64,000 bases of DNA from Thermoanaerobaculia bacterium (GCA_963816185.1 CAWFJJ010000005.1:251787-315786); one strand, 5' to 3'; positions 49,607-60,843 are shown, counted from the first letter of the stretch. Notes: generated by a model not told the origin, from the sequence alone. Numbers and translations: made by a program.

Positions 49607-51033
49607 ACTTGACGCCAGCCGCTCGCCGCCGCATCGCCCTGTACGGAGGGGCGGCCGTTTTTGCTGTCGTCGCTCTCTGGGCGATTCCGACGTTCCTGTC
49701 GAGGCGGGTACCTGCCGTGCCGCTCCGGCGGACGGACCTCGAAGCGGACGCGGCGATGGAAACCGAGGCCGTGAAGCTCCTCAGGGAGTACGTGCGCATC
49801 GACACGTCGAACCCCCCCGGGCGGACGCGTCCGGCGATCGATTTTCTCGCCCGGACCCTCGGCTGCGAGGGGATTCCCGTCACGGTCACCGGCAGCGACC
49901 CCGAGCGCCCGATCCTCGTGGCGCGCCTCAAGGGTCGTACGTCCGAGGGAGCGCTTGCGCTTTACAACCACGCGGACGTCGTTCCGGTCGACGATCCCGC
50001 GAAGTGGAGGAAGCCGCCGTTCGCGGCCGAGCGCGGCGATGGCGTCGAGCGCGACCACCTCTATGGGCGCGGAACGCTCGACATGAAAGGACAGACGATC
50101 GCGAACGTCCTCGCGCTCGCGTCCCTTGCCCGCGCGGGCGTCGTTCCGCTGCGCGACATCGTGTTCGTCGCGGAATCCGGGGAGGAGACCTTCGACGAGA
50201 GCCTCGGCATGGGGTGGCTTCAGGACCATCGCCCTGACCTCCTCGCCGGCGTGACGGACGTATTCAACGAAGGGGGCGTCAACGAGGTCAAGGCCCAGCA
50301 AGTCGAGCGCTTCGGGATCGAGGTCATGCAGAAGGCGATCCTTTCGGTGGACGTTCTCTCGAAAATTCGGAAGCCGCTCGAGGACCTCGGCGAGTTCCTC
50401 AAGGTCCAGGACGGGGAGACGCCGATCCGCGTGGTGCCCGCCGTGCGAGAGTTCCTGCGCTTCATCGCACCATCGCGCTCCGACGTCTGGGGCCGCCGCA
50501 TGCTGGGCGACGCCGAAAAGCTCGGCCCCGGGACGGAATTCTGGCAATTCGTTCCCGAGGTGTACCGCTCGCTTCTCAAGGACAGTATTTACGTGGGCGC
50601 GATCCAGAAGGACGCGGGAGGCTTCTCCATGCGCGTGGTGAGAACCCTCCTGCCCGGAAGCCCGGTCGCTGCCGCCCGCGCCCAGCTCGACGGCTGGCTT
50701 CTGAAGCGAAAGCTCGGACAGCGCGTCATCATGGTGACTGCGGACTGCGTTCCGAGCCCTTCCGAGGGGCGCGCCTATCGGGCCGCGGCCGATGTCTTCA
50801 GCCTGGACCCGGATCGCGCCCCGGTCGGTCCTTACATTCTGAGCGGCCAGTACACGTCGTCGGCGGGCGTTCGCGCGCGCGGCCTCCGGGCGTACGGCGT
50901 GTCGCCTTTCGCCGTGAGCATCTACGACGCGATGACGATTCATCACGAGAACGAGCGCATTTCCCTGCCGTACTTCGTCGACGGGATCGAGCGGATGAGG
51001 CGGATCCTCTTCGAGTTCGCGACCGCGCCTTGA
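49603..51033 (+). CDS. M20/M25/M40 family metallopeptidase
   Basis: 'HADVV', 'GRGTLDMKG', 'GEE', 'NEGG', 'IHHENE'. Confidence 0.9.
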   Translation: MNLTPAARRRIALYGGAAVFAVVALWAIPTFLSRRVPAVPLRRTDLEADAAMETEAVKLLREYVRIDTSNPPGRTRPAIDFLARTLGCEGIPVTVTGSDPERPILVARLKGRTSEGALALYNHADVVPVDDPAKWRKPPFAAERGDGVERDHLYGRGTLDMKGQTIANVLALASLARAGVVPLRDIVFVAESGEETFDESLGMGWLQDHRPDLLAGVTDVFNEGGVNEVKAQQVERFGIEVMQKAILSVDVLSKIRKPLEDLGEFLKVQDGETPIRVVPAVREFLRFIAPSRSDVWGRRMLGDAEKLGPGTEFWQFVPEVYRSLLKDSIYVGAIQKDAGGFSMRVVRTLLPGSPVAAARAQLDGWLLKRKLGQRVIMVTADCVPSPSEGRAYRAAADVFSLDPDRAPVGPYILSGQYTSSAGVRARGLRAYGVSPFAVSIYDAMTIHHENERISLPYFVDGIERMRRILFEFATAP

Positions 51034-51137
51034 GAGGGCTGGCTGTTACACTTCGGAGCCCGGGTCCGCTGGCACGTTCCTCGCGTTCTCGAGACACCCC
51101 GTGCCGAGCCGGCCGGGTATCCCGTTCAGGAGTACCG

Positions 51138-51689
51138 ATGAAAGACTCGTTCGTTTTCTTCGCGGGCCTCGTGCTCGTGGCGCTTCCGGCAGCCGCGCAG
51201 GTCCGGGTGGAGACGACGCAGGTCGGACCCACGCCCGGCGCCGCAGCGTCGACCTCGCAGCCCAAACCGCCGCCTTGTCCGGGTATGGCCGGCCTCGAGA
51301 TCGGCCAGACCCGCACGTTCTCGTTCGAGCGTATGGCGCTTCACGAGCCGGCGAAAAAGACGGTCACGCGCGACCTCAAGGTCGTGCACACGCCTGCGAG
51401 CGGGTGGTGTACGGTTGACGTGACTTATTCCTCCGACGCTCTCGACGCGAAAGTCGTCGCGCTTCACTACCTGCTCGACCCACCCTCGAACCTCCATGAA
51501 GGCATTCTCCAGCGGTACGGCAAGGAAACGCCCGTCGCGTCCGAACCGGGCATGACATCGTGGGACGTTCCTCACTGCGGCGTCCGATTGCGTTACCGCA
51601 TGAGGATGTCGGACAAGCAACGCCCCGTTGAGGAGATGTGGGTGGAGCCCCTGACGCCGCCGAAAAACGCCACGGCCAGAAAGCGCTGA
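51138..51689 (+). CDS. secreted hypothetical protein
   Basis: AGGAG RBS; signal peptide MKDSFVFFAGLVLVALPAAA. Confidence 0.65.
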   Translation: MKDSFVFFAGLVLVALPAAAQVRVETTQVGPTPGAAASTSQPKPPPCPGMAGLEIGQTRTFSFERMALHEPAKKTVTRDLKVVHTPASGWCTVDVTYSSDALDAKVVALHYLLDPPSNLHEGILQRYGKETPVASEPGMTSWDVPHCGVRLRYRMRMSDKQRPVEEMWVEPLTPPKNATARKR

Positions 51690-51706
51690 CCGATCTCCGC
51701 AGCACG

Positions 51707-52600
51707 ATGAGGCGCGCGATCCCGGTGCTCTTCGTCGCAGCCTCGCTGGCGGCTTCTCCTTCGCCCGCGCCTCCTCCGTCTCCGGGGTTGACGGTCACGG
51801 CCTCGTCCTCGAAGCCCCGGCAGGGCGGTATCGTCTCGATCACGGTCCGGAGCGATCGCCCGCTGCCCGAGCTCGTGCTTGTCGACGGCGACGCCCGCTT
51901 TCCGCTCGAGCGCGAGGCGGGCGGCACCGCTTTCCACGGCCTTTACGGGCTGGACCTCGAGACCTTGACCGGCGAGCGCCGCGTCTCTTTCGAAGCCCCC
52001 GACGGCGAGACATCTCTTGCCTGGTCCTTTCGCGTGGTCTCGGGTCGATTTCGGACCCAGCGCCTCTCGGTCGACCCGCGCTACGTGGAAGTGCCGGAAG
52101 AGGAGCTCCCGCGCGTAAGGGCCGAGGAAGCCCGGGTCGCGGAGGCGTACCGTCGAGGCTCGGCCGCCCGCCTCTGGACTTCGTTCGCGCGGCCTCTCAA
52201 GGCGCGCTCGACCGGCAATTTCGGCGCGCGACGCGTCTACAACGGGACGACGAAGGGCCATCACGCGGGGCTCGACCTCGCGGCCGCGGAAGGGACGGCG
52301 GTTGCCGCCGCCGGAGACGGACGCGTCGTTCTCGCGGAGAATCTCTATTTGAGCGGCGGCACCGTGCTCCTCGATCATGGAGCCGGTCTTTTCACGCAGT
52401 ATTTCCATCTCTCGCGCATCGACGTGAAGGAGGGAGATCCCGTCGTGAAGGGGGAGCGCCTCGGATCGTCGGGGCACACGGGCCGCGTCACGGGCCCTCA
52501 CCTGCACTGGGGCGCGAGGCTCCGCGGGGCGCGCGTGAACCCCGAGGATCTTCTCGCGCTTCCTGCATGGCCCCTTCCCCTCGCAACCGCGACCCCTTGA
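51707..52600 (+). CDS. M23 family metallopeptidase
   Basis: HAGLD, 'YFHLS', 'TGRVTGPHLHW'. Confidence 0.92.
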   Translation: MRRAIPVLFVAASLAASPSPAPPPSPGLTVTASSSKPRQGGIVSITVRSDRPLPELVLVDGDARFPLEREAGGTAFHGLYGLDLETLTGERRVSFEAPDGETSLAWSFRVVSGRFRTQRLSVDPRYVEVPEEELPRVRAEEARVAEAYRRGSAARLWTSFARPLKARSTGNFGARRVYNGTTKGHHAGLDLAAAEGTAVAAAGDGRVVLAENLYLSGGTVLLDHGAGLFTQYFHLSRIDVKEGDPVVKGERLGSSGHTGRVTGPHLHWGARLRGARVNPEDLLALPAWPLPLATATP

Positions 52601-52614
52601 ACTAGACTTTCCGA

Positions 52615-53025
52615 ATGAGCGTCTCGATCACCGGAAAGCTGACCTCGCCGACGTCCACGCAGCTCACCCATGGCCCCTCAGGAGCGATTCTCGAGACCAC
52701 GGCGCCGAAGGACAACGGCGGCGATGGAAGTCGTTTCTCGCCCACGGACCTCTGTGCCGCCTCGCTGGCCTCGTGCGCCGCGACGACCCTGAGCCTCTAC
52801 GCGACTCGCAGCGGAATTCCGCTGACCGGCGTCACGTTCGAGATCGAGAAGCACATGACGGCAGAGCCCCCGCGGCGCATCGCGAGGCTCGTGGCGCGCT
52901 TCCGCGTCTCGTCCCCGTGCGGCGAAGAGGATTTCAAGAAGCTCGTCAACGCCGGCAAGACCTGCCCCGTGAAGCGCTCGCTGCACCCCGACGTCCTCGT
53001 CGAGGAGGTCTGGGAGCGGGGTTGA
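52615..53025 (+). CDS. OsmC family protein
   Basis: 'APKDNGG.G..FSPTDL..ASLASC', 'CPV.RSL'. Confidence 0.9.
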   Translation: MSVSITGKLTSPTSTQLTHGPSGAILETTAPKDNGGDGSRFSPTDLCAASLASCAATTLSLYATRSGIPLTGVTFEIEKHMTAEPPRRIARLVARFRVSSPCGEEDFKKLVNAGKTCPVKRSLHPDVLVEEVWERG

Positions 53026-53074
53026 AGGGCGCGGGACGACGCGGCCCAGCACCAGGTTCTCGATCTCGAGTGAG

Positions 53075-54049
53075 TCAGCCGACCTGGGGAAAAGAGCCGG
53101 TCTCGCTCAGCGGAAACCGCTCGGCCTCTATTTCGTAGCCGGCCGCCGCCCACGCGTCGAGCCCGCCTTCGAGAGGGCGCACCAGCGTGAACCCGCGGTC
53201 CATGAGGAGGCGCGCCACACGGGCCGCCGACGCCTCGTTCGGTCACGTGCAGTAGAGGACGATCTCCCGGTCGGTCGGCAGGTGGGAGATCTTCTCGTCC
53301 AGCTCGAGGACGTCGGAGACGATCGCCCCGGGGATGCGCCGCGGGTCGCGCGCTCGCGCGCTGTCTGAGCGCACGTCGACGATCAGGGGGGCCTTGCCCT
53401 CGTCCATGAGGCGGCGCAGGTCGGCGGCGCGGATGCGCGCCATGCGAAGGACCTTGTAGAAACGCCGCCGCTGCGTCCACTTGACGGCGATGTACAGAAG
53501 GAGCGCGCCCCCGAGGAGAACGAGAGCGCCGCTGCCGAGATCCATGAGGAAGGAAAGCGCCCGCTCGACCGTGCCGTGGAAGAGGACGCCGAGCGAAAGA
53601 GCGCTTCCCGTCCAGAGCAACGTGCCTCCCGCCGTGAAAAGCAGGAACCGGGAAAGAGGTGCTCTCGCGGCTCCCGCGAGAGGAGGTGCGACGGTGGAAT
53701 ACCCGGGTACGAACTTCGCGAAGAGGAGGGACGTCAAACCGTACGTATCGAACAGGCCCTCGGTCTGGCGCACGCAGGAATCGGGGGACAGGGACACCTT
53801 GCAGAGCGTCTTGAGGATCTTCTGTCCGTAGCGCCGGCCGAGGAGGTACCAGACCGTGTCGGCCGCGACCGTCGCGATCACGGCGGCGGCGAGGAGCTTT
53901 CCGAACGGCAGCCGTCCGTCCGCCGCGAGCGCGCCCGCCACGAGGAGCGTCGGCACTGCCGGAACCGGGACTCCGAGCTGCTGGAAAAGGACGTTCAGGA
54001 AGACGAACCCGACGCCGTGCTCGAGAAGGAGGGACGTGAGCTCGTTCAC
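53075..54049 (-). CDS. DedA (VTT) plus rhodanese domain protein, probable selenoprotein (UGA at 53243-53245)
   Basis: DedA motifs ('LGVPVPA', 'AKFVPG'); the rhodanese domain reads IVLYCT-[TGA]-PNEASAARVARLLMDRGFTLVRPLEGGLDAWAAAGY in frame to a stop at 53075. Confidence 0.85.
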
Positions 54050-54050
54050 G

Positions 54051-54611
54051 TCAGCTCACGCCGGTCGACGAGGACGAGACGGACGCGGGATCGACGCCGA
54101 GGCGCGCGAGCGCGCGCTCCCAGAGCCCGTCGACCTCGTGCGTGAAGACGAGCGCGGGGTCCCAGGGCAGGACGAGCCAGGTCCCTTCCTCCATCTCGCT
54201 CTCGAGCTGATCCGCCGCCCAGCCTGAATAGCCGAGGATGAGGAGGCCGGCCGTGCGGGAAGCCGGCGGCGCGGCAAAGAGCTTCGGAAGGACCTCCGCG
54301 GCGACCGAAACGTGCAGGCCGGGCGCCATCTCGACGGACTCGATGCCCGGCATTTCGTCGCCGAAGAGGGCGACGAGGCCGTTCGTGAAGATGGGTCCGC
54401 CGACGCGGAGCGGAGTTTCCGGATGGACCACGGTGTCGAGTGGCGGGGCGAGAAGCGAGACGGCGGGCTCGCCGAGGAGGCGGTTCACGACCCAGCCCAG
54501 CGCTCCCTCGCGCGTGTGGTGGCCCATGACGACGACCGTCTTCTGGAAGTTCGGATCGAGCATCACGGGCGCGGCGAGGAGCAGGTAGGGCGTCTTCAAG
54601 GACTCGACCAC
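54051..54611 (-). CDS. YqgE/AlgH family protein
   Basis: 'DPNF.KTVV', 'GALGWVVNR', 'GGP', 'GYSGW...QLE.E..EG.W'. Confidence 0.92.
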   Translation of the reverse strand: MVESLKTPYLLLAAPVMLDPNFQKTVVVMGHHTREGALGWVVNRLLGEPAVSLLAPPLDTVVHPETPLRVGGPIFTNGLVALFGDEMPGIESVEMAPGLHVSVAAEVLPKLFAAPPASRTAGLLILGYSGWAADQLESEMEEGTWLVLPWDPALVFTHEVDGLWERALARLGVDPASVSSSSTGVS

Positions 54612-54654
54612 GCCGGAAGACTAGCGCGGCCCGTCGCCCCGCCCAAGCGCCGCG

Positions 54655-55545
54655 TCAGGTCGAAAACGCCCGCCAGGCCGCGCGCGCGACCCGTGCGATC
54701 GCCTCGTCGCGGGCGCTGGCGTCCTTGCCGCCGCGCACGAAGACGACGACGGCGATGTGCGACCCGTCCGGGAGCGTGACGATCCCTGCGTCGTTCGCGC
54801 ACGACTTGGTGGTACCCGTCTTGTCGCGGATCGCCGTGCCCTTCGGAAGTCCAGCCCTCAGCCGCCGTTCGCCGGTCGCGCAGCGGCGCATCGCGTCGAG
54901 AATGCGGTCTGTCGCCTCGCGAGGGAGGAGCTCGGCCCTGTAGAGCCGCACGAGGAACGCGGCCATCACGTCGGGACTCGCTCCGTTCTGCGCGCCCCTC
55001 TCGAACGCGGCGCGGTCCTCCTTCGCCGCGGCAGCCATGCCTTTCTCGTCGAGGGAGATTTGAATGCCGGAGACGTTCCGGTCCACGAGCGCCTTCTCGA
55101 CGGCCGCAGGCCCGCCGACGAGGCGGATGAGGAGGTCCGCGGCCGTGTTGTCGCTGTCGACGAGCATCACGTCCAGCATCCGCTCGACTCCCACGCGCAT
55201 TCCCGGCGTCCAGTGGTCGTCGATCGGGCCCCACGAGCGGCGGTCGGACGGCTTGACCTCGACCTCCTGGCCGAGTGTCAGCCGCCCTTTCGCGACGGCG
55301 TCGAGGACGGCGACGGCGACGGGCACCTTGAACACGCTCGCCATCTGGAAGCGCTCGCCGCCTCGGAACGCCATTCGTCTGCCGGATTCGACGTGAACCG
55401 CTGCGACGCCCACGACCGCCCCGCCCGCTTCACGGCCGGCGGCATCGACGGCGGTCGCAAAGGCCGCAGAAGCGGAGTCGGGTGGATCGGGAACAGGCCA
55501 AGAAACCGCGAGGGCGGCGAGAGCCAACGAGAAGAGGACGTTCAA
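54655..55545 (-). CDS. class A serine beta-lactamase
   Basis: SVFK (SxxK), SDN, omega-loop Glu in 'ISLDE', KTG; signal peptide; TTG start 7 nt after GGAGG. Confidence 0.88.
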   Translation of the reverse strand: MNVLFSLALAALAVSWPVPDPPDSASAAFATAVDAAGREAGGAVVGVAAVHVESGRRMAFRGGERFQMASVFKVPVAVAVLDAVAKGRLTLGQEVEVKPSDRRSWGPIDDHWTPGMRVGVERMLDVMLVDSDNTAADLLIRLVGGPAAVEKALVDRNVSGIQISLDEKGMAAAAKEDRAAFERGAQNGASPDVMAAFLVRLYRAELLPREATDRILDAMRRCATGERRLRAGLPKGTAIRDKTGTTKSCANDAGIVTLPDGSHIAVVVFVRGGKDASARDEAIARVARAAWRAFST

Positions 55546-55746
55546 CGGGACACCTCCGAAGAAGATTCTCTCTCCTCCGCCCAGGAGCTTCGTGCCTGAT
55601 AGGTGGCTCCGAACCGGAGAAGCTGGCCAGAAGGCCAGGTAGAGCCCTCCCAATGGACAGATTCAACGATATCTGTCCCGCCTGTCCACTTCTTGACATG
55701 TTGGGCAGTAGGCGGAAGTCCATTTAATTTCTATGGTTTGCGTTGT

Positions 55747-58700
55747 ATGCAGGTTCGCGAATCGCGTCCTCGCCCGAGCCTCCGACTCGTGATCTGCGAC
55801 CGCGGCTCCAGGTTAGGATCGTCTCCTCGGCTGCCTTTCGCGAGCTCTTTCGTTTCACTGTGTCTTCTCTTCTTGTTGCCCGGATCGGCGACCGCCCTCG
55901 ACTTCTTCGTCACTCCTGCGGGGACGACGAGCACGGCGCCGGGGACGGGAACGATCACGAATCCGTGGGCGCTGGCCACGGCCCTGGCGCAGCCGGCGGC
56001 GGTGCACGCCGGAGACACGATCTGGCTGCGCGGCGGGACGTACACAGGGAACTTCACGAGCTACCTGACGGGCACGCCGAGCCTGCCGATCGTGGTGCGG
56101 CAGTATCCGGGGGAGCGGGCGACGCTGAACGGGAACGTGAACGCGAGCCTGTCAGGAAGCGGCGCCCCGGTCCTGACGGTGCTCAGGAGTGGAGGGTACA
56201 CGTGGTACTGGGGATTCGAAGTGACGAATTCGAGCCCCGTGCGGACGGACACGAATCCGTGTACGCATTGCCGCGGGGACGGCATCGACGTATTCGCGAC
56301 AGGGACGAAGATCATCAACTGCGTCGTCCACGACACGGGACAGGGGATCGGCTTCTGGTCCGCAGCGGGGAACTCGGAGGTGTACGGGAACCTCGTCTAT
56401 TACAACGGCTACTGGGGACCCGACGGCGGGCACGGACACGGCATCGATACGCAGAACGACGAGGACGGCTCGACGCTGATCAGGCACAACATCATCTTCG
56501 ACGGGCTCGACGGGAACCTCTCCTGGGCTGCGCCGACCCAGGACGAGGTGACCATTCTTCCGAACGCTTATGAGCCGGGGCGGGCGACGATCGTCGTCTA
56601 CAACCGGGATGCGAGCGCAGCGGAGGCGGTGGACCTGACCGGGGTGGTGAGTCCGGGCGCGGCCTACGAGATCCGCAACGCGCAGAACTTCTACGGGCCT
56701 CCAATCGTCTCGGGCACGTACGCGGGAGGATTGGTGACGCTGCCGATGATCGGCCTGACCCCGGCCACGCCTGTCGGCTATAGGGTCCCATCCTCCACCG
56801 GGCCTGCCTTTGCGGCATTCGTCGTGATGACGGTTCCGGGTTCCCCGATCCCGACCCTGACCTACACGCCCACGCCGACGGCCACGCCTGCACCTACACC
56901 CACGCCCACGAGGAGGCCGACTCCGACATGGCCGTCGCCGACGACGCCGGCGCCAACGCCCACGAGGACGCCGACTCCGACACCCATGCCGACCAGTATT
57001 CCAGGCGCTGCGCCGCCATCCGCCGCGATCCTCGAACCCCCACGCGGTCGGACCGCTCTAGGCGTACCGGGTCCGGTTGTTTTTCCTCTGGTCGTGTCTG
57101 CCGATCGGCGTTATCTCCAGGATCAGAACGGCCAGCCGTTTCCGATCCTGGGCCGCGCCTCGTGGAGCATCATCTCGTTGACGCAGGCCGATTACAAGAC
57201 CTACCTCGATGACACGGCGGCGAAAGGCTTCAACGCCATCGAACTCCCCGTCATCAACCGCGACCGATAGGAAACTGTCACGCCCTTTCGCCGGCAACGG
57301 TGCCGCCCCCTTCACGAAGGACCTCTCCGGCTCGGCTGGACGGGCTCGATGACGACGGCCCCGGACTTCACCTGGCCGAACGAGACGTACTGGACACAAA
57401 TTGACGGCCTCCTCACCTACGCGGTCACGAAGGGCATCGTCTGTTTCGTCTTCCCGTCCTATGTCGGCTACCAGGGCGATCCCAGTGAAGGCTGGATGGC
57501 GGACATGGTGAGCAACGGGACGACGAAGATGACGACCTACGGAGCGTGGATCGCCGCCAGGTACAAGTCGTACCCGAACATCGTCTGGATGCTCGGGGGA
57601 GACTACGGAACGAGCCCGAATACCTTCAGTGCGTCGCAGCTGGCCGTCGAGCAGGCGCTGCTCTCGGGTTTGAAGAGCGTCGCCGGCCAGCAGAGCACCA
57701 ACTTCTCAGCCGAATGGGCCGGTGATTCGATCTACACGACACAGACCGACGCCACGCTGAAGGCGGCGGGAACGCTTCAGGGGGCCTACACATGGCGGTT
57801 ACGTTTCGCAGTGGTGCCGCAACGCCTATTCGGCCACCCCGGCGATGCCCGCGTTCCTCCTCGAAGGGCCCTATGACGAGGAAGGGCCGGATGGCACGAA
57901 CGTCAATCCTGGCGCCACGCAGCCGGTGCGCCGCTTCCAGTGGTGGGGCGTTCTTTCCAGCACGGGCGGCTATATCACGGGCAACGGCTACGTCTGGATG
58001 TTCATCCCTGGCGTCTGGACCAATCACCTGAACACGCAGGGCACGCAGGACATGGGGCGACTCAACGCGTTTCTTCGTTCGATCGCCTGGCAGAGCCTCG
58101 TCCCTTCCGGCCTCGGTGGCATGAAGACGCTCATCACCTCGGGCGGCTCGAGCGTCACGGCGTCGGACTACGTTGCGGCGGCGGCAAACCCGGCAGGCAC
58201 GCTGCTCGTCGCCTACGTCCCGCCCGCCCACACGGGCACGATCACGGTGGACATGACCGCGATGAGCGGCGCGGCGCGGGCAAACTGGTACAACCCGACG
58301 AACGCCGCCTATACGCTGATCAGTTCGAGTATTGCCAACACCGGCACCCACACCTTTACACCGCCCAGCGACAATGGCTCGGGGTATGACGACTGGGCAC
58401 TGGTTCTGGACGTGGCGACTGCGAGTCCCACTCCCACGCCGACTCCCACATGGACGCCGACGGCGACTCCGCCTCTGACTGCCACGCCGACAGCGACCCC
58501 GACGCGTACGCCCACTGCCACGCCGCCGGCGACGCCCACGCCGACACGGACACCAACGCCGACGTCGACGCTGACTCCCACAGCGACCCCGACGCGTACG
58601 CCCACTGCCACATCGCCAACCACTCCCACGCCGACGCCGACGAGAACGCCTACGGCTGCTCTGACCGCCACGCCGACATCCACGCCGACGCGGACGCCGA

Positions 58701-59410
58701 CGCCCACCCCGACGCGAACGTTTACGGGGACGCCGGTAGCCACGGCTACGCCGACATCCACGCCGACGCGGACGCCGACGCCCACCCCGACGCGAACGTT
58801 TACGGGGACGCCGGTAGCCACGGCTACGCCGACATCCACGCCGACGCGGACGCCGACGCCCACCCCGACGCGAACGTTCACGGGGACGCCGGTGGCCACG
58901 CCTACGCCGACATCCACGCCGACGCGGACGCCGACGCCCACCCCGACGCGAACTTTCACGGGGACGCCGGTGGCCACGCCTACGCCGACCCGAACACCGA
59001 CCTCGACACCGACGCCCACCGCTGGCTCAAGTAGCTCGGGCTTCAACACGCTGCTTCCCTGCCGCCTCGTGGACACTCGCAATCCGGGGGGACCGCTCGG
59101 CGGCCCGGCTCTGCAGGCGAACGCCACGCGTCTCTTCACCGTGACGTCCGCCTGCGGCATTCCGACTTCGGCCGCGTCCGTTTCGGCCAACGTAACGGTC
59201 GTCGGTCCCTTGGCCCAGGGTCAGTTGCGGATCTACCCGGGCAACACCGGGATGCCGCAGACGTCAGCCATCAGCTTCCGGGCGGGACGCACGCGGGCCA
59301 ACAACGCGATGGTGAGTCTGGCGACGGACGGCACCGGAACAATCGCCGTGAGGAACGATTCCGCCGGAACCGTTCACTTCGTCCTCGACGTCAATGGTTA
59401 CTTCAGATAG
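55747..59410 (+). pseudogene. large modular secreted protein (shortened beta-helix, PT linker, DUF4038-like hydrolase, PT linker, conserved C-terminal domain), interrupted by indels
   Basis: ORFs 55603..57270, 57349..57876 and 57845..59410 continue one coherent protein; breaks at ~57265-57345 and ~57795. Either a real pseudogene or assembly indels. Confidence 0.7.
58670..58990 (+). repeat. 78-bp tandem repeat x4 ([27 protein letters not shown]) in a Pro/Thr linker
   Basis: ACATC anchor at 58676, 58754, 58832 and 58910. Confidence 0.9.
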
Positions 59411-60843
59411 CGACCCGGGTTCGGGTACGATGAGCGGCGTAGCCATGTCCATTCTTCGCCGTGTTCTCTCCAGCGAGGGGATTAGGCCCGCTCGGCTTTT
59501 CAGGGCCGTCCTCTCCCTCGTGGCCGCTCTGGCGCTCATCGAAGCGACGGAGGTCTCCGCTGCCGAGTTCTACGCCTCTCCGACGGGGACGACGAGCACG
59601 GCGCCGGGGACGGGAACGATCACGACTCCGTGGGCGCTGGCCACGGCGCTGGCGCAGCCGGCGGCGGTGCACGCTGGCGACACGATCTGGCTGCGTGGGG
59701 GGACGTACACGGGACTGTTCACGAGCCACCTGATGGGGACGTCGAGCCTGCCGATCGTGGTGCGGCAGTATCCGGGGGAGAGGGCGCGGCTGGACGGGAA
59801 CGTGAACCCCTTGGTTCTCGGGACAAACAGCTATGTTCTTTGGGTGAGTGGTGGGTACACGTGGTACTGGGGGTTCGAGGTGATGGACTCGAATCCGAAC
59901 CGGTATAACCCGACGTCGGGGTCGAATCCGGTGGACGCGCGTGACGGGGGCGTTGGAGTGTTTGCACCGGGGATCAAGATCATCAATCTCGTCATTCACG
60001 ACGCGGGCGAAGGCCTGGATCCGTGGTCGCCCGCCGTGGACGCGGAGTGTTACGGGAACCTCATCTACTACAACGGGTGGAGTGCGCCGGACCGCGGGCA
60101 CGGGCACGGCATGTACGCGCAGAACCTCGGCTATGGCGGCTCGAAGCTCATCAAGAACAACATTCTTTTCGACCAGTTCGGCTACAACCTGCACGCCTAC
60201 GGATCGGGGACATCGGGATTCATCAACTCGCGGGTGGAAGGGAACGTGTGGTGGCGCGGGACAGGGCTGGTGGGCGGGGAGAGCGGATTCGACATCGGGG
60301 GGACGTCGGTCACCGGGAACATCGCATGGGCTGCGCAGCTGACGATGGGGTATTCGACGACGAAGTGCGCGAACGTGGCGGTGAGCGGGAACTACCTGGC
60401 GAACCTGGGGGGCGTGGTTTTTTCGCCGGGGAGCACGGGTTGCCGGGCCGGAGAAACCATCACGACGAACACGTTCGTGGGGGACCTGAACGGCTTCGCA
60501 CAGAGCGACTATCCGAACAACACGTACTACGCGAAAACCAGCCCGCCGACGCAGGACAAGGTGACCATCCTGCCGAATACGTATGAGCCGGGACGGGCGG
60601 CGATCGTCGTCAACAACTGGGACGGGAGCGCAACGCAGGCGGTGGACCTGACCGGGGTGGTGAGTCCGGGCGCAGCCTACGAGATCCGCAACGCGCAGAA
60701 TTTCTACGGGCCTCCAATCGTCTCGGGCACGTACGCCGGAGGATCGGTGACGCTGCCGATGACAGGGCTGACCCCGGCCACCCCGGTCGGCTATGCCGCT
60801 CCTCCCTCGACCGGACCCGCATTCGGCACCTTCGTCGTCCTGA
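59040..60843 (+). repeat. 1804-bp direct repeat, copy 1
   Basis: Matches 61345..63148 (offset 2305); ORF translations on both strands are identical across the region. Confidence 0.92.

Noticed and set aside
55693-55728. Sigma70 promoter from TTGACA
   Set aside because: The nearest -10-like hexamer (TTTAAT) is about 24 nt away, which is the wrong spacing.
57268-57270. TAG as pyrrolysine/readthrough
   Set aside because: The downstream ORF is in the same frame, but the intervening segment reads plausibly only in another frame and a further frameshift follows; indels explain it better.
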